A stretch of 64,000 nucleotides of DNA from Octopus vulgaris. Lineage: Eukaryota. Shown piece by piece: positions 1-11,340 of this stretch. Location of the stretch: assembly GCA_951406725.2 (NCBI GenBank), contig OX597839.1:13702001-13766000 (forward strand). Direction: 5' to 3'. The notes under the pieces were generated by a model, which saw only the letters and a list, made by a program, of their open reading frames with translations, did no database searches and had not been told where the DNA came from. Both the position numbers and the translations under genes were made by a program. Within the stretch, counting starts at the first letter, position 1. Each line of letters starts with the position of its first letter.

Positions 1-106
1 TTGTATATTAAATTTTTTTTATACATCATATAACTTATATCATATATTAGCGCTTTCTCCCATTCTAGTGGGGTTTTCAAATTAAACTAAGTTCCTCTGA
101 AAAATT

Positions 107-485
107 TTTGACCATTTTATAGTGTTATTGAGTGTGTAGTGGCGGGGAGGGATATAAGACAGTACAAGAGGGTGATGAATGGGGAGAAAGTGAGAGAGAG
201 AAAGAGAGAGAGCATGTGTGTGTGTGTTTTTGTATCTGGAAGTTGTGTTAAAGAAAAAGAGGGGAAGGGAGAAAAGGTAGAGAGGGAAGAAGAAAAAATT
301 GTTTTGCTGGTTTCTTTTGTAGTTGGTCAGGATGTTTACTCCAAGGTGGGGGGTCTAAGATCTTGGGGAAAAGAATTTGACCATTTTATAGTGTCATTGA
401 GTGTGTAGTGGCAGGGAGGGATATAAGATAGTACAAGAGGGTGATGAATGGGGAGAAAGTGAGAGAGAGCATGTGTGTGTGTGTG
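107..485. repeat. Direct duplication of ~115 bp (107-226 and 376-485)
   Basis: 'tttgaccattttatagtg..tgagtgtgtagtggc.gggagggatataaga.agtacaagagggtgatgaatggggagaaagtgagagagag' occurs twice ~270 bp apart. Confidence 0.85.
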
Positions 486-521
486 CGCGCGTGTGTATGT
501 ATGTGTGTATATATATATATA

Positions 522-819
522 CTAGCAGTAATATCCGGCGTTGCTCGGGTTTGTAAGGGAAATAACTATATAAGCATTTTTAGAGAGTTATAGCCAAAAA
601 ATAGCCAAAAAAATGCATTAAAAATGGAAAAAAAATGATGGTAAATTATTTTTTAAATCGTAGACTCATCGTAGATGCGCGCTAATACCCAGAAGGGCTC
701 GATATGAATCACGATTATAAGAAACCCAGTTTTGGTTAAACTGCACCGCAAAATGTGAGAGTAGTTAGGAATCTAAATCGTAGGAGACAGACACACAACT
801 TCACTTTTATGTATAAAGA
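522..819 (-). mobile_element. Non-autonomous Helitron
   Basis: On the minus strand it starts TC(TTTATAC) and ends CTAG with a subterminal GC hairpin (cccgagcaacgccgg). It lies between A and T in (TA)n. Its 3' end is shared with copies at 3579, 17075 and 59261. Confidence 0.8.
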
Positions 820-833
820 TATATATATATATA

Positions 834-876
<43 letters not shown>

Positions 877-1126
877 GATTGTATGTATGTATGTATTACA
901 TAGTCTTTAAAGAAAACAGATCTACATGAAATTGAAAACCACAATGGCTCAGTTTATATTTTCTGACAAGTCAATAACAAATATAAACCATTAGGAAACA
1001 AACTCTGCACTCACTTTCTTCATGTTAGCTATCTCTATCTGTTTATTTATCTCACCTGTCTACCAGCCTACCTACCTACCTATCTGTCTCTCTATCAATC
1101 TCTCTCTCTCTCTCTCATTACACATA

Positions 1127-1344
1127 CAAGCAGGTGCTGAAAAGTTCCTGGCTTTAAGACTATCCCAAAAGGCCTGGCTCGAGGCCCAAACTCCTGAGTT
1201 CTTTTACAGGGCTTAGAAAAACTGAAGGACCACTGCAATAAGTGTGTGAATCCAAGACGGGAATATGTTGAATAAAATCATAATTAACTGATCCTCTTGT
1301 AATTTCCCTTTTGCCCAAAGCCAGGAAATTTTCAGCATCCCTCA
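1127..1344 (+). mobile_element. Mariner-derived MITE
   Basis: TIRs 'gtgctgaaaagttcctggcttt' / 'aaagccaggaaattttcagcatccctc'. The interior retains degenerate mariner C-terminal codons (KLKDHCNKCVN..REYVE*). Homologous copies at 6053 and 8672. Confidence 0.8.
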
Positions 1345-1508
1345 TGTGTGGGCGTGTGTGTATGTGTGGGCATGTGTGTATGTGTATATATGTGTGTGAG
1401 AGCGGGTGTGTGTATATATGTATGTGTGTGTGTTTATACATAATTAAGGACAAATTATTATTTTTATAAAAATTTTATCCTTAAGCATGGTTGCAGTCAA
1501 ACGACTGA

Positions 1509-1545
<37 letters not shown>

Positions 1546-1546
1546 G

Positions 1547-1712
1547 GGTAAAGACCCCCTTCAGTCATGAATGACCATGGAATTGCTCCTAGAAAGTTCC
1601 CCTCTGAGGCACAAGTCCAGGTAAGGTTGTTTTATGAAAGACCAGCAGATGCCCATACATACCAGCCTCCCCTCTCTACACCCCTAATGTTATCCAAATG
1701 TAAAGCAAAGAC
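1547..1712 (-). mobile_element. SINE family D, 3' part
   Basis: Reverse complement of the 3' half of the full copy at 36572-36903. Confidence 0.75.
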
Positions 1713-1727
1713 AAATAAAGGATAATG

Positions 1728-1851
1728 GCGCTTCAGCACCACTGGAGAAAGTGTTCAGCCATCGAGGGGGACTATGTTGAAAAATAAATCATCACAAGTC
1801 TTGTACCATGTTTTGTGTTTTTGAGGCTCAATACTTTTCATACACCCCTCG
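1728..1851 (+). mobile_element. Mariner transposon 3' end remnant
   Basis: Translates LQHHWRKCSAIEGDYVEK*, a typical mariner C-terminus, followed by TIR-like 'tacttttcatacacccctcg'. Confidence 0.7.
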
Positions 1852-1853
1852 TG

Positions 1854-1907
<54 letters not shown>

Positions 1908-1908
<1 letters not shown>

Positions 1909-2181
1909 CGAGGTCTTTGCCAGTGCTGCTGGACTGGCTCCTGTGCAGGTGGCATGTAAAAAACACCATTTGGGCATGGCCATTGCCAGTACTACCTGAC
2001 AGGCCCTTGTGCCGGTGGTACGTAAAAGCAACCACTACATTCTCAGAGTGGTTGGTGTTAGGAAGGGCATCTCCGCCAGATCAATTGGAGCCTGGTGCAG
2101 CCATCTGGTTCGCCAGTCCTCAGTCAAATCGTCCAACCCATCCTAACATGGAAAGCAGACATTAAACGATGATGATGATGA
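1908..2181 (+). mobile_element. SINE-like family B with (GAT)n tail
   Basis: Contains 'gttaggaagggcatc..' and 'catggaaagc.gac.ttaaacgatgatgat'. Many copies in the window. Confidence 0.8.
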
Positions 2182-2325
2182 TACATACACGGATATATAT
2201 ATACATACATAATACATATATGTATATATATAATAATAATAATTTGAGGGAATATTATTCCTAACTTACAGGGAAAAATTCAATTTAGAAATACTAAATC
2301 AAATTTCACAAAATATATATATATA

Positions 2326-2544
2326 TTAGAAAAAAAAAACATTTTTTTATCAATTCAAAATGAAAAATTAATTTACACCATTTAGAAAATTACATATAAT
2401 AGAAATATTAAATATATTAAATATAATTATTATATTATATTATTATAATATAAATAATACATTTAATATTTCTATTATATGTAATTTTCTAGATGGTGTA
2501 ATTTAATTTTTCATTTTGAATTGATAAAAAGTGTTTTTCTCTAA
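2326..2544. repeat. Fold-back inverted repeat, ~90-bp arms
   Basis: 'ttttatcaattcaaaatgaaaaattaa.ttacaccat.tagaaaattacatataatagaaatattaaat' is followed by its reverse complement. Flanked by (TA)n. Confidence 0.85.
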
Positions 2545-2645
2545 TTTATATATATATATAGTAATGCAATATGAAAAATATGTTTTGGCGTTCAGACGAG
2601 TGTACTGGCATGGATGTGACAACATTTGAAATTTTGTCTAGGTAT

Positions 2646-2716
2646 ATGCAGCTGATGAAGACAAATCAAATCTACGTTGTCAAACGTATTTGAAGTGTCT
2701 AAAACCAGTCCTGCAT
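2646..2716 (+). ncRNA. Degenerate type-I hammerhead ribozyme motif (G12A)
   Basis: Stem I atgcag/ctgcat; CUGAUGA; long stem II agaca..tgtct with inner tacgtt/aacgta; AAAA in place of GAAA; A-ccag-U then C. Confidence 0.65.
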
Positions 2717-2908
2717 TATCTATTTCTAGGTTTTTCATTTTTCAGATGTTCTTCCTAGAGGTAAGACAAATTTTTTTTTATGTTTGTTGCACACACACGT
2801 CTTTGCTAGTATATACGCAGTGAAGCTATACAATAGCGTCGTATTTATTACGATCGTTATTTTCCAGTAAATATCAGTACTTCGTTGTACCATTTATTTA
2901 CTTTTATA

Positions 2909-2950
<42 letters not shown>

Positions 2951-3234
2951 CATACATACATATATGTATAAACAAAACAGGAAGCTGGGAAGCAGCAAAA
3001 GATTTTCTGGTATTGTTTATTATTGGAACAGTGAATAAATAACATCAAGATATTTTCCCCAACTTCCTGTTTTGTTATATAATATTTCTGCAAACAACAT
3101 TCCAAGAACCTTGAACTCTAATATGTACTTCAAATAAATAAAACTACAGTAACTGCATACTGTATCAAAAAAATGGAATAAATAGATGTGCTTCAAGAGG
3201 ACAGAGCTCTGATTTCTACAATATCTACATAATA

Positions 3235-3267
<33 letters not shown>

Positions 3268-3270
<3 letters not shown>

Positions 3271-3492
3271 TCTTTACTACCCACAAGGGGCTAAACATAG
3301 AGGGGACAAACAAGGACAAAGGGATTAAGTCGATTACATCGACCCCAGTGTGAAACTGGTACTTTATTTATCGACCCCAAAAGTATGAAAGGCAAAGTCG
3401 ACCTCAGCGGAATTTGAAATCAGATCGTAACGTCCGACGAAATACTGCTAAGCATTTCGCCCAGTGCGCTAACGTTTCTGCCAGCTTACCAC
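3268..3492 (-). mobile_element. SINE family C, Tx1-type tail
   Basis: Matches the family-C consensus (B-box-like ttcaaattcc). Ends 'ccccttgtgggtagtaaagaaat' into (TA)n. Confidence 0.85.
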
Positions 3493-3507
3493 CTTAGAAT
3501 ATTTTTT

Positions 3508-3578
<71 letters not shown>

Positions 3579-3579
<1 letters not shown>

Positions 3580-3884
3580 TAGCAGTATCGCCCGGCATTG
3601 CTTGGGTTTGTTTCGACCTTTTAGAATTGGAATTTTTGAAAAGTAAAAATTTTGCATTGTGTAGCTTGTTGTTCTCTTTAAGTGAACATTTTTCTTGTTC
3701 AAAATACACCAAAAAATGGCGACACAGCAGTCAAAAAATTGTAAAAATTAGGGATTTTCATAGAAAAAAAGCACCTTTTTGATGTAAATAATTTTTGGTG
3801 TTAACATGGTCTGATTTGAATTTTTTCTTCTACGGAAGAAAGAGCAAGCCTTCTTCTATCATACTCTCAATTTTGGTCAACTTG
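3579..3884 (-). mobile_element. Helitron 3' portion (different subfamily)
   Basis: Same CTAG plus hairpin terminus ('ctagcagtatcgcccggcattgcttgggtttg') with a different internal sequence. Confidence 0.7.
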
Positions 3885-4231
3885 AAATGAAGTGTTTTGC
3901 TCAAGAACATAATGCATTGCCCAGTCCAGGAATTGAAACCACAATCTAGAAGTCATGAGTGCAACATCCTAACCATTAGCTGAGTGGACTGGAGCAACAT
4001 GAAATGAAGTGTCTTGCTCAAGAACACAATGCATTGCCCAGTCCAAGAATTGAAACCACAACCCAGTGATCGTAAGTGCAACACCATAACTATTAAGCCA
4101 GATACATCTGTATCTATGTCTCTATCTATCTATCTATCTATCTATCTATTTTTATCCATCTATTTATCTATCTACCTCTATATGTATGTATGTGTGTATG
4201 TATGTATGTATGAATCTCTCTATATATATAT

Positions 4232-4556
4232 GCGCTGGAGTGGCTGTGTGGTAAGTAGCTTGCTTACCAACCACATGGTTCTGTGTTCAGTCCCACTACG
4301 TGGCACCTTGGGCAAGTGTCTCCTACTATAGCCTTGGGCCGACCAATGCCTTGTGAGTGGATTTGGTAGACGGAAACTGAAAGAAGCCCGTCGTATATAT
4401 GTATATATATATGTGTGTGTGTGTTTGTGTCCCCAACCGATAGAATAAGTACTAGGCTTACAAAGAATAAGTCCTGGGGTTGATTTGCTCGACTAAAGGC
4501 GGTGTTCCAGCATGGCCACAGTCAAATGACTGAAACAAGTAAAAGACTAAAAGAGT
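4232..4556 (+). mobile_element. SINE family A (internally deleted)
   Basis: tRNA-like head 'ggagtggctgtgtggtaag..gttcagtccc', core 'caccttgggcaagtgtc', CR1-like tail. Confidence 0.85.
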
Positions 4557-4921
4557 ATACAAATAAATCCTATCTATTTGTTCACCTGTTGTCTATCTGT
4601 CTACCATCTTCCATGTCTAATTACTTATTCATCTTGCTCCCTCCCTGTTAATCTTATCATCTTTCATATCTTTTGTACACCATAAACAATTATCCACCAT
4701 AACTGCCTTATCTCCATCTATCCATCCATCTGTCCATCCATATATACATGTGTGTGTGTATATGTGCATGTGCGTGTTTGTGTGTGTGTGTATCTTGCAA
4801 TATTGATCTAATTAGTTGTTTGTGAACTTGCTAACGAAATACCTTCTAACTTGCCTGCTTGTCTCTCTAACTACAATTTCATGTCTGTCTTCCTCTCTGC
4901 ATAACTGTCTATCTATCTATG

Positions 4922-4960
<39 letters not shown>

Positions 4961-5097
4961 TTCTCTGTCTCTCTATCTACCTATCTATTTCTCTGTCTCT
5001 ATCTACCTATCTATTTCTCTATTTGTCTGTCTATCTACCTATCTATTTGTCTGTCTGTCTGTCTATCTATTTCTCCGTCTATCTACCTATCTATTTC

Positions 5098-5133
<36 letters not shown>

Positions 5134-5244
5134 GCTATCTATCTCAATTACTGGAAAAATACATAGGGATATCTTCTGCAAGAAAATATAACAGTAAAGG
5201 AGGAGCTAGTTACACTTCATGTGTGGAATAGAATAACTTTGTTG

Positions 5245-5493
5245 CCGGTGGCACGTAAAAAGCACCATACTATCGTGGCCGTTTGCCAGCCTCGTCTGGC
5301 ACCTGTGCGAGTGGCACGTAAAAAGCACCCACTACACTCACGGAGTGGTTGGCGTTAGGAAGGGCAACCAGCCGTAGAAACATTGCCAGATCAGACTGGG
5401 CCTGGTGCAGCCTTCTGGCTTCCCAGACCCCAGTTGAACCACCCAACCCATGCTAGCATGGAAAGCGGATGCTAAACGATGATGATGATGATG
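5245..5493 (+). mobile_element. SINE-like family B
   Basis: Tandem 'ggcacgtaaaaagcacc' modules, family body, (GAT)n tail. Confidence 0.8.
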
Positions 5494-5618
5494 ATATAAT
5501 ATATAAATTAGAGAAAAACCACTATTATGCAATTCTAACAATGTCAAAAACCAAATCATAAACAAAAAATAAAAAATATTTTTTTAAAACATATAACTAG
5601 ATCCCAAAAATGAATATA

Positions 5619-5789
5619 GGCGCAGGAGTGGCTGTGTGGTAAGTAGCTTGCTTACCAACCACATGGTTCCGGGTTCAGTCCCACTGCGTGGCATCTTGGG
5701 CAAGTGTCTTCTGCTATAGCCCCGGGCCGACCAATGCCTTGTGAGTGGATTTGGTAGACGGAAACTGAAAGAAGCCTGTCGTATATATG

Positions 5790-5822
<33 letters not shown>

Positions 5823-6026
5823 GTTTGTGTGTCTGTGTTTGTCCCCCTAGCATTGCCTAACAACCGATGCTGGTGTGTTTACGTCCCCGTAACTTAGCGG
5901 TTTGGCAAAAGAGACCGATAGAATAAGTACTGGGCTTACAAAGAATAAGTCCCAGGGTCGATTTGCTCGACTAAAGGCGGTGCTCCAGCATGGCTGCAGT
6001 CAAATGACTGAAACAATTAAAAGAGT
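5619..6026 (+). mobile_element. SINE family A, full length
   Basis: A-box 'tggctgtgtggt', B-box 'gggttcagtccc', CORE-like 'cttgggcaagtg', internal (TA)(TG) tract, tail 'ggcggtgctccagcatggctgcagtcaaatgactgaaac'. Confidence 0.9.
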
Positions 6027-6052
6027 AAAAAAAAAAAAAGAGTATATGTATT

Positions 6053-6258
6053 TGAGGGGTGCAGAAAAGTTCCTGGCTTTAAGGGTGTCGCAGAAGGCCT
6101 GGTTGGAAGCCCATCTTCCAAGTTCTTTTATAGTGCACAGAAAAACTGAAGGACCATTATAAGTGTGTGAATCTAAGAGGAGAATATGTTGAATAAAATC
6201 ATAATTAACTGATCCTCCTGTATTTTCTTTCAGACAGGAACTTTTCAGCACCACCTCA
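6053..6258 (+). mobile_element. Mariner-derived MITE
   Basis: Same TIRs and interior as 1127-1344. Confidence 0.8.
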
Positions 6259-6329
6259 TGTAAGAGTGCATGTGTGGATTTTCTTTTTTTTTCTCCCTCT
6301 AACCAAGCCTCCAAATATATATATATATG

Positions 6330-6530
6330 TGTGACCGCGTGTTTATTGGCGAATTTTTCCCTCCGTCTTCCCTTCCTTGGATCTTTCCTTTTCCTATGTT
6401 TCTGACGAAGAGCTCCACATGAAACATTAAATCCTCCTTCTTTCCTTCCTTTCCTGAACGTCCAAGAACACTATACTTGTTCCACGTCCTCGCGTTGTTG
6501 TGTTTTCTCTTTGTGTTTTCATGTTTGGAT

Positions 6531-6535
<5 letters not shown>
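6330..6535 (+). mobile_element. Penelope-like terminal cassette with degenerate hammerhead
   Basis: Flanked by (TA)n on both sides. Contains 'gttt-ctgacga-agagctccacat-gaaacattaaa' at ~6398-6431. A deleted copy lies at 61295-61445 (-). Confidence 0.6.
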
Positions 6536-6602
<67 letters not shown>

Positions 6603-6613
6603 AAATGTATATA

Positions 6614-6653
<40 letters not shown>

Positions 6654-6656
<3 letters not shown>

Positions 6657-7006
6657 ATAAAACGGTAAGATAACAAAAGAAAGAAAGAGACCTCAATATT
6701 ATGTAAATAGAGGAAATTTATCTATACAATATGTTACATTACTCGGTAGTCAAGATAAAACTCTGAGTTTTTATATATTTTTATATATTTTTATGTATTT
6801 TTATATAATTTTTATGACGAAAAATGCGAGCGATGTATAAGTACGCAGGCAAAGCAGAGTTATAACAGAGTAATTTCCCTTCGTTTTTAACGGTATTTTT
6901 TCATAACGTTTTCAAATAGCCAGATAACCGAAGAGATGGTGTTGTGGATTTCCACTTCGGCATCTGAAACTCAGAGTTTTATCTTGACTACCGAGTAATG
7001 TAACAT

Positions 7007-7013
<7 letters not shown>
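6654..7013. mobile_element. Penelope-like 3' terminus with inverted (fold-back) arrangement
   Basis: 6654-6770 is collinear with 9860-9980. 6771-7013 is the reverse complement of ~9935-10175. There is a 47-bp inverted repeat at 6724-6770 / 6967-7013. Confidence 0.8.
6922..6984 (+). ncRNA. Type-I hammerhead-like motif, CCGAAGA core
   Basis: Stem I agataa/ttatct; CCGAAGA; stem II gatg..catc with inner gtgga/tccac; GAAA; stem III act-cag-agt; GUU. Confidence 0.65.
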
Positions 7014-7047
<34 letters not shown>

Positions 7048-7083
7048 CTCTGAGCGAGGTATAAACAGTAGCTGTACGACATC

Positions 7084-7299
7084 ATGAAGAATATTTGCCA
7101 CTTAAATGTGGTTAACCTTTAAGGGTGGATGCTACTGTAGCTTGTAGCCCCAGGAGGACACCTCCTCTAGCTGGCTATTGACACACTAGGGCACAGATTG
7201 TGTGTCAATAGCCAGCTGGAGGAGGTGTCCTGTGGCTACAAGCTACATTAACATCCACCCTTAAGGGTTAGCCACATTTAAGAGGAAAATATACTTCAT
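7084..7299. repeat. Fold-back inverted repeat, ~100-bp arms
   Basis: 'cttaaatgtggttaacctttaagggtggatg..gtagcttgtagcc..aggacacctcctctagctggctattgacacac' and its reverse complement around a ~12-nt loop. Confidence 0.85.
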
Positions 7300-7637
7300 A
7301 TCATCATCATCATCATTGTTGTTTAATGTCCGCTTTCCATGCTAGCATGGGTTGGACGATTTTGACTGAGGGCTGGCGAACCAGATGGCTGCACCAGGCT
7401 CCAATCTTGATCTGGCAGAGTTTCTACAGCTGGATGCCCTTCCTAATGCCAACAACTCTGAGAGTGTAGTGGGTGCTTTTTACATGCCACCGGCACGGAG
7501 GCCAGTGAGGCGGTACTGGCAACGACCTCGCTTGAATCTTTTTACACATGCCACCATCACAGGTGCCAGTAAGGCGACGTTGGTAACGATCACACTCGAA
7601 TGGTGCCCTTTTACGTGCCACTGGCATCGAAGCCAGT
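7300..7637 (-). mobile_element. SINE-like family B
   Basis: Reverse complement of family B, with (CAT)n on the + strand. Confidence 0.8.
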
Positions 7638-7642
7638 TAGAA

Positions 7643-7677
<35 letters not shown>

Positions 7678-7827
7678 GACACATGCAAATATATACATAA
7701 TTATACACAAGAATCAAGTTTCAACAGCAAAACACCAGAGGAGGCATTTTATACTCAGACAATTTATGGAAATTTAAACAACATATTTAATAAAATAAAT
7801 TTATATTGTTTTACATGTAAAATAAGT

Positions 7828-8078
7828 TTATGTCTCTTCATATGCAATTTCGTTGATGATTGCATCAGAACCTTCATCATCATCATCAACATCATGAAGG
7901 CATTGCTCCATCATGACCTTGGCCATGATTGCTAAAGCATACATAAAATAACAATGAAGAACGACTGGAAATGTGTCTGGAAGATCTGTTATGACTAGTG
8001 GATGATTAATGATTATGTAAATTATAAGTTGTTTGAGTGGGGGATGAGTGAGAAGGTCTTTTCTGCGATGGACATAAA
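7828..8078 (-). CDS. Candidate terminal coding exon of an unidentified host gene (SOCS/BC-box-like segment plus acidic tail)
   Basis: Strong acceptor 'ttcattcttttattcctttcag'. Non-repetitive open frame YVHRRKDLLTHPPLKQLIIYIIINHPLVITDLPDTFPVVLHCYF..DVDDDDEG..EET*. ATTAAA lies ~40 nt downstream. No upstream exon identified. Confidence 0.4.
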
Positions 8079-8299
8079 CTGAAAGGAATAAAAGAATGAA
8101 ACCAGAGGAAGAATAGAACACACGCAAACGCATATTGGATTTCTTGTTTTGTCAGCTCTAGATGCAGACATGGCTGTGTGGTTAAGAAGCCTGCTTTGGG
8201 TTCAGTCCATGTGCACAGCACCTTGAGCAAGTATCTTCTACAAGATTGATGCCTTATGAGTGAATTTGGTAGACAGAAGGTGTATGGAAGCCTAACTCA

Positions 8300-8334
<35 letters not shown>

Positions 8335-8671
8335 TGAGATTGTTTGAAGTGGTGTACAAATTTTTACATATTAAGGAAAAGGAGGTCATCAGAATTTTGG
8401 ATAATTACCAGTGCTTTCATCTCATTTGTTTCTGAGACTCATCAGATAGGATGTTTTACAGAAAACTAATGCCTTTTATAGAAATCTGAAAGTGAATGTT
8501 CTTTCGTTTTATATATATATATATATATATATATAGGTGTATCTATGCATGTGTACATATATGTGCGTATTAATGTGTGTGCATGCATGTGGTGAATTTT
8601 TGGAGGCTTGGTTAGAGGGAGAAAAAAAAAGAAACCCCCCCCACACACATGTATATATATATATATATATA

Positions 8672-8883
8672 CAAGGGTGTGCTGAAAAGTTCATGGCTTT
8701 GGGTAAAAGAAAATACACGAGTATCAATTAATTATGATTTTATGTAACATATTCCCCTCTCAGATTCACACACTTATAATGGTCCTTCAGTTTTTCTAAG
8801 CACTATAAAAGAACTTGGAAGATGGGCTTCCAACCAGGCCTTCTGCGACACCCTTAAAGCCAGGAACTTTTCTGCATCCTTCA
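8672..8883 (-). mobile_element. Mariner-derived MITE
   Basis: Reverse complement of the 6053 copy, with TA at the left end. Confidence 0.8.
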
Positions 8884-9370
8884 AATACATTTATATATAT
8901 ATATCATGCGATTGATCAGGCTATCTGATGTTGTTACACATCGCTGGTCACAGTGCATTTTTACATCGTTTTAGCCTTAATGTCGGTTTTCCATATGGCA
9001 CGCGCTGGATGATTTGATGAACTAGTGGACATCGTCAAAGCCCTGATGACTGTTTTGGCATGACTTCTATGACTTGATGCCCTTCCTAACACCTATCACT
9101 TTTCAGAATGTACTGGGTGCTTTTTCTGTGACACCAGCACTCGTGAAGTCACTGAGTAACTAGCAAGACAAGACCCCTCACCTGGACGGGATGCGGTTGT
9201 ATAGAGGGAGGCTATCTAATGCCAGACGTCGAGAGATTAAAGTATGGCAGAGGTACCAGCACAGGTGTCTTCTACTATAATCACCAGGTTAACCAAAGGT
9301 TTGTGAGTGAATTTGGTAGAAAGAAATTGAAAGAAGCCCATCATATATGTATGTCCTTTTCTCTGTTTCC

Positions 9371-9407
9371 TGTTTCTGAAGAAGAGCTTTGCTTGAAACA
9401 TAAAACA
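9371..9407 (+). ncRNA. Minimal hammerhead-like motif
   Basis: tgttt-CTGAAGA-a-gagc ttt gctt-GAAA-cat-a-aaaca. Confidence 0.55.
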
Positions 9408-9701
9408 CCCTTGCTTTCCTTCCCTGAGCATCTTTTAATACTTTGCATGTATCACGTCATCATGCTGTTGATTTTTTTTCATTTTTTTTTATTAATTATA
9501 TATATAAATATTAAGCCGATCACATGGAGGAAACTCGTTCGTCTCCATTTTGGATGAAAACACCATTCCTCCATGTGACTGGCTTGAAAAATTGTTAAGA
9601 TATTAAGATATTTTCTTAACATGAAACCAATGGTAGTCTTAATACACAAATAAACAATTTTTTCCCACCAATGCAGTGCTGAGCACTCATTCTCATTGTT
9701 C

Positions 9702-9743
<42 letters not shown>

Positions 9744-9962
9744 ACTGGGCCTGATGAAGCCTTTTGGCTTCACAGACTCCAGTAGAACCGTCCAATCCAT
9801 GCTAGCATGGAAAACGGACGCTAAATGATGATGATGATGATATATATATATATATATATATTGGTAAAACGGTAAGATAACAAAAGAAGGAAAGAGACCT
9901 CAATATTATGTAAATAGAGGAAATTTATCTATACAATAATATGTTACATTACTCAATAGTCA

Positions 9963-10025
9963 AGATAAAACTCTGAGTTTCAGATGCCAAAGTGGAAATC
10001 CACAACACCATCTCTTCGGTTATCT
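9963..10025 (-). ncRNA. Type-I hammerhead-like motif, CCGAAGA core
   Basis: Same motif as 6922-6984, on the sense strand of the Penelope ORF. Confidence 0.65.
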
Positions 10026-10208
10026 GGCTATTTGAAAACGCTATGAAAAAATACCGTTATATAAAGGGAAATTACTGTGTTATAACTCTGCTTGCCTGCG
10101 TACTTATACATCACTTGCATTTTTCGTCATAAAAATTATATAAAAATACATAAAAAAATATATAAAAATATATAAAATCTTCTTGGGACGTAACATAGAA
10201 AGCATGTT

Positions 10209-10499
10209 CTATCTGTTTTCTTTAGGGGACCAAAAACGTAACAGAAATTTAGTCACATATGGGCATGATCCGAAAAGTTCTGTCCTTGTGTTTAGACATG
10301 TAGTAGGGTCTAAGCTGCTTTTCCAGATAAGCTATCTCTCCATGTCGCATAGACCGCACCTTCCGCTGCCATTGGTATAGGGCTTACATCTGGCCAAAAT
10401 CTTCCATTGTATGTTATAATCGACACCTTTATCTCTTAAAGACCAAATATGATTAGATAATTGTGTCGCTTTTCTTTTGTTCCAGTGCCTAAAGCTCAT
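10209..10499 (-). pseudogene. Penelope GIY-YIG endonuclease C-terminal fragment
   Basis: ATQLSNHIWSLRDKGVDYNIQWKILARCKPYTNGSGRCGLCDMER*LIWKSSLDPTTCLNTRTELFGSCPY matches the PLE pattern T.LS..IW.L....I.W.IL....PY......C.LC..E...LN.R.EL...C. One in-frame stop. Confidence 0.85.
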
Positions 10500-10920
10500 A
10501 TATATATATGCATATGTATGTGTATTTTTGTTTTTCAAACCACCACTTGACAACTGCTGTTGGTTTCTTTACATCCCTGTAACTTAGCGGTTCACCAAAA
10601 GAGACTGAGAAAATAAGTATCTGGCTGAAACAAGTAGAAGATGAAAGCTAGAGACAATTGGCATATTTGTTAACATTTTATCTATTATCCTTAGCTAATT
10701 ATATATTTCAATTATATTTTAGTTAATTATATATTTTAATCCCTATCTTTTTTTAATTATATATATTTAAATCTTATCATTATCATACAATTATTTCTGT
10801 TAACAAAATGTTTAAATTATGCAGTTATTACTTTAAAACTAAAATAGGAAATATTCTGGACAATTCAGTTGTGTGTGAGTATATGCCATTGTTTGGAGAT
10901 GGCATGATTGTTGTAAATAA

Positions 10921-11340
10921 GGATCTTTTCGGTTTGAACGGCAGTTTTTTAAAATAATTTCCACGTAACTAAACACTTTTAAACTTCGTATACTGGTAGA
11001 ATGTGTTTATAAAACATCTTTTTCTCTTGACTTTACTGAGAAAATTCCACAATTTGTAAGATATTTGTTGGTTTTTCTTCTTCAATTTCTGCAATTTCAA
11101 CCAATCAATGACGTCTATTGAGGTGAAAAACATTCTGTGCCGTATGAATATGTCCCTCGTTTAAGAAACAGATTGGGTTTATTTACATTTGTGAGGAAAA
11201 AAAGATACCCTTCCCCCCACCCCTTAACCCTAACCCTAAAACAGATTGAAATGCAATAGATCGATTCTAGGGTCATAATTATGGGTGACAATTTCATATG
11301 ACGCCGCTAGAAAAAACTGCCGTTGAAACCGAAAAGATCC
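10921..11340 (-). mobile_element. ~420-bp MITE with 30-bp TIRs and internal telomeric repeats
   Basis: TIR 'ggatcttttcggtttgaacggcagtttttt' / 'aaaaaactgccgttgaaaccgaaaagatcc'; internal ccctaa repeats. Confidence 0.9.

Larger units (their letters stand above)
9860..10499 (-). mobile_element. 5'-truncated Penelope-like element (GIY-YIG C-terminus plus 3' terminus with hammerhead)
   Basis: Coding remnant followed by a 3' region carrying the hammerhead motif, ending in (TA)n. Confidence 0.85.

Noticed and set aside
5619-5690. tRNA genes at SINE heads (also 36572, 31157, 53461)
   Set aside because: A/B boxes are present but there is no complete cloverleaf, and each continues into a multi-copy SINE body.
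7097-7160. Twister or pistol ribozyme resemblance
   Set aside because: Short local hairpins only; the required pseudoknots could not be fitted.
8404-8450. Hammerhead-like CTGATGA..GAAA on the minus strand
   Set aside because: Stem II pairs but stem I does not; not counted.
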